Shown: positions 1 to 12,000 of the stretch, piece by piece
How positions within the stretch are numbered: the first letter of the stretch is position 1
Layout: each line of letters begins with the position of its first letter
Assembly: GCF_009914755.1 (NCBI RefSeq)
Contig: NC_060939.1
Source of the DNA: the human T2T-CHM13v2.0 reference genome, Homo sapiens
DNA length: 64,000 nucleotides
Reading direction: 5' to 3' (one strand)
Translations under genes and position numbers: made by a program
Notes under the pieces: generated by a model
The model's database searches: none
Seen by the model: only the letters and a program-made list of their open reading frames with translations
What the model was told of the DNA's origin: nothing

Positions 1-3000
1 GAGCACATTCCATTCGAGTCCATTCCATTCGATGCCATTCCATTTGATTCTATTCCATTAGTCTCCATTCAATTCCATTAATCTCCATTCCATTCCATTC
101 TACTCCAACTGATTCCATTCCATTCTATTCCTTTCCATTCCATTTCATTCCATTCCATTCCATTTCATTCCATTCCATTCCATTCGTGTCCATTCCACTC
201 CAGTCCATTCCATTCGTGTCCATTCCATTCCAGTCCATTCCATTTGTGTCCACTGCATTCCATTCCACTCCATTCCATATTATTCCATTACACTCCATTC
301 CATTCTATTACTTTCATTTCCATTCAATTCCATTCCATTTGATTCCATTCCACTCGGTTTCATTCCATTTGAGTCCACTCCATTCCATTCCATTCCATTC
401 CATTCAGTTCCATTCCATTCTGTTCCATTCCATTCCGTTCCATTACATTCCATTCCATTCGGTACCATTCCATATTGTTCCATTCGATTCCATTCGAATC
501 CATTCCATTCCAGTCCATTCCATTCGATTCCATTCCATTCATTTCAATTCCATTCCATTCCATTCCATTCCATTCCACTTGATTCCTCTCCATTCCCTTC
601 CACTGCATTCCGTTCGATTCCATTCCATTGCATTGCATTCCATTCCATTGGATTGCATTCCATTCGATTCCATTCCATTCGAATCAATTACATAGCAATC
701 CATTACATTCGAGTCTATTCTCTTCCGTTCCATTCGATTTCGTTCCAATCCATTCGATTCCATTCCATTCGATTCCATTCCATACTATTGCATTCCATTC
801 GATTACATTATATTCGAATAAGTTCCATTCAAGACCATTTCTTTTGAGTCCATTCTATTTGAGTCCATTCCCTTTGATTCCATAACATTTGAGTCCATTC
901 AATTCCATTCCTTTCGTTTCCATTCCATTTGATGCCATTCCATTCAATTCTGTTCTACTCGACTCCAATACATTCAATTCCATTCCATCCGATTCCATTA
1001 CATTCTTTTCATTTCTTATCCATTTCAAGCCATTCCACTCCATTCCATTCCACTCGTTTCCTTTCCATTCGAGTCCATTCCTCTCCAGTCCATTCCGTTC
1101 AATCCATTCCATTCCAGTCCATTCCATTCGAGTCCGTTCCATTCCAGTCCATTCCATTCGAGTCAATTCCATTCCATTCGATGTCTTTCCATAATGATCC
1201 ATTCCATTCTATTGCTTTCGATTCCATTCCATTCTATTTCCTTCCATTCGATTCCCTTCCATTGGACTCCTTTCCATTCGAGTGCATTCCATTCCGTTCC
1301 ATTTCTTTCCGTTCTGTACGATTCCTACCGTTCGATTTCATTTTGTTCCAGTCCATTCCTTTCGCGTCCATTCCATTCCATTTCACTCCATTCGATTCCA
1401 TTCCACTCGATTCCACTTCGTTCCATTTCATTGCATTCCATTCTATTCAACTCTATTGCCTTCCATTCCATTCCATTCGATTACATTCCATGCGATTCCA
1501 TTCGAAATCGAATCAATTACATTGCAATCCATTACTATTGAGTCCGTTTTATTCCAGTCCACTGCATTCTGGTCCATTCCATTTGATTCCATTCCATTCT
1601 ATTCCATTCCATACAGTTGCATTCCATTGGATTCCATGCTATATCTATAAATTCAATTCGAGACCATTGCTTTTGAGTCCATTCTATATGATTCCATTCC
1701 ATTCAAGTCCATTACATTTGGTTCAATTCCATTCCATTCCATTCCCTTCCATTCCATTCCATTTGATATCAATCCATTCGATTCCATTCCATTCGAGCAC
1801 ATTCCATTCGAGTCCATTCCATTCGATGCCATTCCATTTGATTCTATTCCATTAGTCTCCATTCAATTCCATTAATCTCCATTCCATTCCATTCTACTCC
1901 AACTGATTCCATTCCATTCTATTCCTTTCCATTCCATTTCATTCCATTCCATTCCATTTCATTCCATTCCATTCCATTCGTGTCCATTCCACTCCAGTCC
2001 ATTCCATTCGTGTCCATTCCATTCCAGTCCATTCCATTTGTGTCCACTGCATTCCATTCCACTCCATTCCATATTATTCCATTACACTCCATTCCATTCT
2101 ATTACTTTCATTTCCATTCAATTCCATTCCATTTGATTCCATTCCACTCGGTTTCATTCCATTTGAGTCCACTCCATTCCATTCCATTCCATTCCATTCA
2201 GTTCCATTCCATTCTGTTCCTTTCCATTCCGTTCCATTACATTCCATTCCATTCGGTACCATTCCATATTGTTCCATTCGATTCCATTCGAATCCATTCC
2301 ATTCCAGTCCATTCCATTCGATTCCATTCCATTCATTTCAATTCCATTCCATTCCATTCCATTACATTCCACTTGATTCCTCTCCATTCCCTTCCACTGC
2401 ATTCCGTTCGATTCCATTCCATTGCATTGCATTCCATTCCATTGGATTGCATTCCATTCGATTCCATTCCATTCGAATCAATTACATAGCAATCCATTAC
2501 ATTCGAGTCTATTCTCTTCCGTTCCATTCGATTTCGTTCCAATCCATTCGATTCCATTCCATTCGATTCCATTCCATACTATTGCATTCCATTCGATTAC
2601 ATTATATTCGAATAAGTTCCATTCAAGACCATTTCTTTTGAGTCCATTCTATTTGAGTCCATTCCCTTTGATTCCATAACATTTGAGTCCATTCAATTCC
2701 ATTCCTTTCGTTTCCATTCCATTTGATGCCATTCCATTCAATTCTGTTCTACTCGACTCCAATACATTCAATTCCATTCCATCCGATTCCATTACATTCT
2801 TTTCATTTCTTATCCATTTCAAGCCATTCCACTCCATTCCATTCCACTCGTTTCCTTTCCATTCGAGTCCATTCCTCTCCAGTCCATTCCGTTCAATCCA
2901 TTCCATTCCAGTCCATTCCATTCGAGTCCGTTCCATTCCAGTCCATTCCATTCGAGTCAATTCCATTCCATTCGATGTCTTTCCATAACGATCCATTCCA

Positions 3001-6000
3001 TTCTATTCCTTTCGATTCCATTCCATTCTATTTCATTCCATTCGATTCCCTTCCATTGGACTCCTTTCCATTCGAGTGCATTCCATTCCTTTCCATTTCT
3101 TTCCGTTCTGTACGATTCCTACCGTTCGATTTCATTTTGTTCCAGTCCATTCCTTTCGCGTCCATTCCATTCCATTTCACTCCATTCGATTCCATTCCAC
3201 TCGATTCCACTTCGTTCCATTTCATTGCATTCCATTCTATTCAACTCTATTGCCTTCCATTCCATTCCATTCGATTACATTCCATGCGATTCCATTCGAA
3301 ATCGAATCAATTACATTGCAATCCATTACTATTGAGTCCGTTTTATTCCAGTCCACTGCATTCTGGTCCATTCCATTTGATTCCATTCCATTCTATTCCA
3401 TTCCATACAGTTGCATTCCATTGGATTCCATGCTATATCTATAAATTCAATTCGAGACCATTGCTTTTGAGTCCATTCTATATGATTCCATTCCATTCAA
3501 GTCCATTACATTTGGTTCAATTCCATTCCATTCCATTCCCTTCCATTCCATTCCATTTGATATCAATCCATTCGATTCCATTCCATTCGAGCACATTCCA
3601 TTCGAGTCCATTCCATTCGATGCCATTCCATTTGATTCTATTCCATTAGTCTCCATTCAATTCCATTAATCTCCATTCCATTCCATTCTACTCCAACTGA
3701 TTCCATTCCATTCTATTCCTTTCCATTCCATTTCATTCCATTCCATTCCATTTCATTCCATTCCATTCCATTCGTGTCCATTCCACTCCAGTCCATTCCA
3801 TTCGTGTCCATTCCATTCCAGTCCATTCCATTTGTGTCCACTGCATTCCATTCCACTCCATTCCATATTATTCCATTACACTCCATTCCATTCTATTACT
3901 TTCATTTCCATTCAATTCCATTCCATTTGATTCCATTCCACTCGGTTTCATTCCATTTGAGTCCACTCCATTCCATTCCATTCCATTCCATTCAGTTCCA
4001 TTCCATTCTGTTCCATTCCATTCCGTTCCATTACATTCCATTCCATTCGGTACCATTCCATATTGTTCCATTCGATTCCATTCGAATCCATTCCATTCCA
4101 GTCCATTCCATTCGATTCCATTCCATTCATTTCAATTCCATTCCATTCCATTCCATTCCATTCCACTTGATTCCTCTCCATTCCCTTCCACTGCATTCCG
4201 TTCGATTCCATTCCATTGCATTGCATTCCATTCCATTGGATTGCATTCCATTCGATTCCATTCCATTCGAATCAATTACATAGCAATCCATTACATTCGA
4301 GTCTATTCTCTTCCGTTCCATTCGATTTCATTCCAATCCATTCGATTCCATTCCATTCGATTCCATTCCATACTATTGCATTCCATTCGATTACATTATA
4401 TTCGAATAAGTTCCATTCAAGACCATTTCTTTTGAGTCCATTCTATTTGAGTCCATTCCCTTTGATTCCATAACATTTGAGTCCATTCAATTCCATTCCT
4501 TTCGTTTCCATTCCATTTGATGCCATTCCATTCAATTCTGTTCTACTCGACTCCAATACATTCAATTCCATTCCATCCGATTCCATTACATTCTTTTCAT
4601 TTCTTATCCATTTCAAGCCATTCCACTCCATTCCATTCCACTCGTTTCCTTTCCATTCGAGTCCATTCCTCTCCAGTCCATTCCGTTCAATCCATTCCAT
4701 TCCAGTCCATTCCATTCGAGTCCGTTCCATTCCAGTCCATTCCATTCGAGTCAATTCCATTCCATTCGATGTCTTTCCATAACGATCCATTCCATTCTAT
4801 TCCTTTCGATTCCATTCCATTCTATTTCATTCCATTCGATTCCCTTCCATTGGACTCCTTTCCATTCGAGTGCATTCCATTCCTTTCCATTTCTTTCCGT
4901 TCTGTACGATTCCTACCGTTCGATTTCATTTTGTTCCAGTCCATTCCTTTCGCGTCCATTCCATTCCATTTCACTCCATTCGATTCCATTCCACTCGATT
5001 CCACTTCGTTCCATTTCATTGCATTCCATTCTATTCAACTCTATTGCCTTCCATTCCATTCCATTCGATTACATTCCATGCGATTCCATTCGAAATCGAA
5101 TCAATTACATTGCAATCCATTACTATTGAGTCCGTTTTATTCCAGTCCACTGCATTCTGGTCCATTCCATTTGATTCCATTCCATTCTATTCCATTCCAT
5201 ACAGTTGCATTCCATTGGATTCCATGCTATATCTATAAATTCAATTCGAGACGATTGCTTTTGAGTCCATTCTATATGATTCCATTCCATTCAAGTCCAT
5301 TACATTTGGTTCAATTCCATTCCATTCCATTCCCTTCCATTCCATTCCATTTGATATCAATCCATTCGATTCCATTCCATTCGAGCACATTCCATTCGAG
5401 TCCATTCCATTCGATGCCATTCCATTTGATTCTATTCCATTAGTCTCCATTCAATTCCATTAATCTCCATTCCATTCCATTCTACTCCAACTGATTCCAT
5501 TCCATTCTATTCCTTTCCATTCCATTTCATTCCATTCCATTCCATTTCATTCCATTCCATTCCATTCGTGTCCATTCCACTCCAGTCCATTCCATTCGTG
5601 TCCATTCCATTCCAGTCCATTCCATTTGTGTCCACTGCATTCCATTCCACTCCATTCCATATTATTCCATTACACTCCATTCCATTCTATTACTTTCATT
5701 TCCATTCAATTCCATTCCATTTGATTCCATTCCACTCGGTTTCATTCCATTTGAGTCCACTCCATTCCATTCCATTCCATTCCATTCAGTTCCATTCCAT
5801 TCTGTTCCATTCCATTCCGTTCCATTACATTCCATTCCATTCGGTACCATTCCATATTGTTCCATTCGATTCCATTCGAATCCATTCCATTCCAGTCCAT
5901 TCCATTCGATTCCATTCCATTCATTTCAATTCCATTCCATTCCATTCCATTACATTCCACTTGATTCCTCTCCATTCCCTTCCACTGCATTCCGTTCGAT

Positions 6001-9000
6001 TCCATTCCATTGCATTGCATTCCATTCCATTGGATTGCATTCCATTCGATTCCATTCCATTCGAATCAATTACATAGCAATCCATTACATTCGAGTCTAT
6101 TCTCTTCCGTTCCATTCGATTTCGTTCCAATCCATTCGATTCCATTCCATTCGATTCCATTCCATACTATTGCATTCCATTCGATTACATTATATTCGAA
6201 TAAGTTCCATTCAAGACCATTTCTTTTGAGTCCATTCTATTTGAGTCCATTCCCTTTGATTCCATAACATTTGAGTCCATTCAATTCCATTCCTTTCGTT
6301 TCCATTCCATTTGATGCCATTCCATTCAATTCTGTTCTACTCGACTCCAATACATTCAATTCCATTCCATCCGATTCCATTACATTCTTTTCATTTCTTA
6401 TCCATTTCAAGCCATTCCACTCCATTCCATTCCACTCGTTTCCTTTCCATTCGAGTCCATTCCTCTCCAGTCCATTCCGTTCAATCCATTCCATTCCAGT
6501 CCATTCCATTCGAGTCCGTTCCATTCCAGTCCATTCCATTCGAGTCAATTCCATTCCATTCGATGTCTTTCCATAACGATCCATTCCATTCTATTCCTTT
6601 CGATTCCATTCCATTCTATTTCATTCCATTCGATTCCCTTCCATTGGACTCCTTTCCATTCGAGTGCATTCCATTCCGTTCCATTTCTTTCCGTTCTGTA
6701 CGATTCCTACCGTTCGATTTCATTTTGTTCCAGTCCATTCCTTTCGCGTCCATTCCATTCCATTTCACTCCATTCGATTCCATTCCACTCGATTCCACTT
6801 CGTTCCATTTCATTGCATTCCATTCTATTCAACTCTATTGCCTTCCATTCCATTCCATTCGATTACATTCCATGCGATTCCATTCGAAATCGAATCAATT
6901 ACATTGCAATCCATTACTATTGAGTCCGTTTTATTCCAGTCCACTGCATTCTGGTCCATTCCATTTGATTCCATTCCATTCTATTCCATTCCATACAGTT
7001 GCATTCCATTGGATTCCATGCTATATCTATGAATTCAATTCGAGACCATTGCTTTTGAGTCCATTCTATATGATTCCATTCCATTCAAGTCCATTACATT
7101 TGGTTCAATTCCATTCCATTCCATTCCCTTCCATTCCATTCCATTTGATATCAATCCATTCGATTCCATTCCATTCGAGCACATTCCATTCGAGTCCATT
7201 CCATTCGATGCCATTCCATTTGATTCTATTCCATTAGTCTCCATTCAATTCCATTAATCTCCATTCCATTCCATTCTACTCCAACTGATTCCATTCCATT
7301 CTATTCCTTTCCATTCCATTTCATTCCATTCCATTCCATTTCATTCCATTCCATTCCATTCGTGTCCATTCCACTCCAGTCCATTCCATTCGTGTCCATT
7401 CCATTCCAGTCCATTCCATTTGTGTCCACTGCATTCCATTCCACTCCATTCCATATTATTCCATTACACTCCATTCCATTCTATTACTTTCATTTCCATT
7501 CAATTCCATTCCATTTGATTCCATTCCACTCGGTTTCATTCCATTTGAGTCCACTCCATTCCATTCCATTCCATTCCATTCAGTTCCATTCCATTCTGTT
7601 CCATTCCATTCCGTTCCATTACATTCCATTCCATTCGGTACCATTCCATATTGTTCCATTCGATTCCATTCGAATCCATTCCATTCCAGTCCATTCCATT
7701 CGATTCCATTCCATTCATTTCAATTCCATTCCATTCCATTCCATTACATTCCACTTGATTCCTCTCCATTCCCTTCCACTGCATTCCGTTCGATTCCATT
7801 CCATTGCATTGCATTCCATTCCATTGGATTGCATTCCATTCGATTCCATTCCATTCGAATCAATTACATAGCAATCCATTACATTCGAGTCTATTCTCTT
7901 CCGTTCCATTCGATTTCGTTCCAATCCATTCGATTCCATTCCATTCGATTCCATTCCATACTATTGCATTCCATTCGATTACATTATATTCGAATAAGTT
8001 CCATTCAAGACCATTTCTTTTGAGTCCATTCTATTTGAGTCCATTCCCTTTGATTCCATAACATTTGAGTCCATTCAATTCCATTCCTTTCGTTTCCATT
8101 CCATTTGATGCCATTCCATTCAATTCTGTTCTACTCGACTCCAATACATTCAATTCCATTCCATCCGATTCCATTACATTCTTTTCATTTCTTATCCATT
8201 TCAAGCCATTCCACTCCATTCCATTCCACTCGTTTCCTTTCCATTCGAGTCCATTCCTCTCCAGTCCATTCCGTTCAATCCATTCCATTCCAGTCCATTC
8301 CATTCGAGTCCGTTCCATTCCAGTCCATTCCATTCGAGTCAATTCCATTCCATTCGATGTCTTTCCATAATGATCCATTCCATTCTATTGCTTTCGATTC
8401 CATTCCATTCTATTTCCTTCCATTCGATTCCCTTCCATTGGACTCCTTTCCATTCGAGTGCATTCCATTCCGTTCCATTTCTTTCCGTTCTGTACGATTC
8501 CTACCGTTCGATTTCATTTTGTTCCAGTCCATTCCTTTCGCGTCCATTCCATTCCATTTCACTCCATTCGATTCCATTCCACTCGATTCCACTTCGTTCC
8601 ATTTCATTGCATTCCATTCTATTCAACTCTATTGCCTTCCATTCCATTCCATTCGATTACATTCCATGCGATTCCATTCGAAATCGAATCAATTACATTG
8701 CAATCCATTACTATTGAGTCCGTTTTATTCCAGTCCACTGCATTCTGGTCCATTCCATTTGATTCCATTCCATTCTATTCCATTCCATACAGTTGCATTC
8801 CATTGGATTCCATGCTATATCTATAAATTCAATTCGAGACCATTGCTTTTGAGTCCATTCTATATGATTCCATTCCATTCAAGTCCATTACATTTGGTTC
8901 AATTCCATTCCATTCCATTCCCTTCCATTCCATTCCATTTGATATCAATCCATTCGATTCCATTCCATTCGAGCACATTCCATTCGAGTCCATTCCATTC

Positions 9001-12000
9001 GATGCCATTCCATTTGATTCTATTCCATTAGTCTCCATTCAATTCCATTAATCTCCATTCCATTCCATTCTACTCCAACTGATTCCATTCCATTCTATTC
9101 CTTTCCATTCCATTTCATTCCATTCCATTCCATTTCATTCCATTCCATTCCATTCGTGTCCATTCCACTCCAGTCCATTCCATTCGTGTCCATTCCATTC
9201 CAGTCCATTCCATTTGTGTCCACTGCATTCCATTCCACTCCATTCCATATTATTCCATTACACTCCATTCCATTCTATTACTTTCATTTCCATTCAATTC
9301 CATTCCATTTGATTCCATTCCACTCGGTTTCATTCCATTTGAGTCCACTCCATTCCATTCCATTCCATTCCATTCAGTTCCATTCCATTCTGTTCCATTC
9401 CATTCCGTTCCATTACATTCCATTCCATTCGGTACCATTCCATATTGTTCCATTCGATTCCATTCGAATCCATTCCATTCCAGTCCATTCCATTCGATTC
9501 CATTCCATTCATTTCAATTCCATTCCATTCCATTCCATTACATTCCACTTGATTCCTCTCCATTCCCTTCCACTGCATTCCGTTCGATTCCATTCCATTG
9601 CATTGCATTCCATTCCATTGGATTGCATTCCATTCGATTCCATTCCATTCGAATCAATTACATAGCAATCCATTACATTCGAGTCTATTCTCTTCCGTTC
9701 CATTCGATTTCGTTCCAATCCATTCGATTCCATTCCATTCGATTCCATTCCATACTATTGCATTCCATTCGATTACATTATATTCGAATAAGTTCCATTC
9801 AAGACCATTTCTTTTGAGTCCATTCTATTTGAGTCCATTCCCTTTGATTCCATAACATTTGAGTCCATTCAATTCCATTCCTTTCGTTTCCATTCCATTT
9901 GATGCCATTCCATTCAATTCTGTTCTACTCGACTCCAATACATTCAATTCCATTCCATCCGATTCCATTACATTCTTTTCATTTCTTATCCATTTCAAGC
10001 CATTCCACTCCATTCCATTCCACTCGTTTCCTTTCCATTCGAGTCCATTCCTCTCCAGTCCATTCCGTTCAATCCATTCCATTCCAGTCCATTCCATTCG
10101 AGTCCGTTCCATTCCAGTCCATTCCATTCGAGTCAATTCCATTCCATTCGATGTCTTTCCATAACGATCCATTCCATTCTATTCCTTTCGATTCCATTCC
10201 ATTCTATTTCATTCCATTCGATTCCCTTCCATTGGACTCCTTTCCATTCGAGTGCATTCCATTCCGTTCCATTTCTTTCCGTTCTGTACGATTCCTACCG
10301 TTCGATTTCATTTTGTTCCAGTCCATTCCTTTCGCGTCCATTCCATTCCATTTCACTCCATTCGATTCCATTCCACTCGATTCCACTTCGTTCCATTTCA
10401 TTGCATTCCATTCTATTCAACTCTATTGCCTTCCATTCCATTCCATTCGATTACATTCCATGCGATTCCATTCGAAATCGAATCAATTACATTGCAATCC
10501 ATTACTATTGAGTCCGTTTTATTCCAGTCCACTGCATTCTGGTCCATTCCATTTGATTCCATTCCATTCTATTCCATTCCATACAGTTGCATTCCATTGG
10601 ATTCCATGCTATATCTATAAATTCAATTCGAGACCATTGCTTTTGAGTCCATTCTATATGATTCCATTCCATTCAAGTCCATTACATTTGGTTCAATTCC
10701 ATTCCATTCCATTCCCTTCCATTCCATTCCATTTGATATCAATCCATTCGATTCCATTCCATTCGAGCACATTCCATTCGAGTCCATTCCATTCGATGCC
10801 ATTCCATTTGATTCTATTCCATTAGTCTCCATTCAATTCCATTAATCTCCATTCCATTCCATTCTACTCCAACTGATTCCATTCCATTCTATTCCTTTCC
10901 ATTCCATTTCATTCCATTCCATTCCATTTCATTCCATTCCATTCCATTCGTGTCCATTCCACTCCAGTCCATTCCATTCGTGTCCATTCCATTCCAGTCC
11001 ATTCCATTTGTGTCCACTGCATTCCATTCCACTCCATTCCATATTATTCCATTACACTCCATTCCATTCTATTACTTTCATTTCCATTCAATTCCATTCC
11101 ATTTGATTCCATTCCACTCGGTTTCATTCCATTTGAGTCCACTCCATTCCATTCCATTCCATTCCATTCAGTTCCATTCCATTCTGTTCCATTCCATTCC
11201 GTTCCATTACATTCCATTCCATTCGGTACCATTCCATATTGTTCCATTCGATTCCATTCGAATCCATTCCATTCCAGTCCATTCCATTCGATTCCATTCC
11301 ATTCATTTCAATTCCATTCCATTCCATTCCATTACATTCCACTTGATTCCTCTCCATTCCCTTCCACTGCATTCCGTTCGATTCCATTCCATTGCATTGC
11401 ATTCCATTCCATTGGATTGCATTCCATTCGATTCCATTCCATTCGAATCAATTACATAGCAATCCATTACATTCGAGTCTATTCTCTTCCGTTCCATTCG
11501 ATTTCGTTCCAATCCATTCGATTCCATTCCATTCGATTCCATTCCATACTATTGCATTCCATTCGATTACATTATATTCGAATAAGTTCCATTCAAGACC
11601 ATTTCTTTTGAGTCCATTCTATTTGAGTCCATTCCCTTTGATTCCATAACATTTGAGTCCATTCAATTCCATTCCTTTCGTTTCCATTCCATTTGATGCC
11701 ATTCCATTCAATTCTGTTCTACTCGACTCCAATACATTCAATTCCATTCCATCCGATTCCATTACATTCTTTTCATTTCTTATCCATTTCAAGCCATTCC
11801 ACTCCATTCCATTCCACTCGTTTCCTTTCCATTCGAGTCCATTCCTCTCCAGTCCATTCCGTTCAATCCATTCCATTCCAGTCCATTCCATTCGAGTCCG
11901 TTCCATTCCAGTCCATTCCATTCGAGTCAATTCCATTCCATTCGATGTCTTTCCATAACGATCCATTCCATTCTATTCCTTTCGATTCCATTCCATTCTA

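Noticed and set aside
681-690. GAATCAATTA resembling a paired-type homeodomain dimer site (TAATCAATTA), twice per unit
   Set aside because: One mismatch falls in a TAAT core and there is no supporting evidence in the sequence.
738-752. TTTCGTTCCAATCC resembling the start of a CENP-B box
   Set aside because: Only TTCGTT matches. The remaining essential positions (A..CGGG) are absent and this is not alpha satellite.
1646-1653. TATAAA once per unit as a possible TATA box
   Set aside because: TATAAATT misses the TATAWAWR consensus, has no other promoter context and corresponds to a degenerate segment of the internal duplication.
1-1794. Unit length close to ten nucleosome repeats
   Set aside because: Numerical coincidence that cannot be tested from sequence, and unit length varies by 60 bp.
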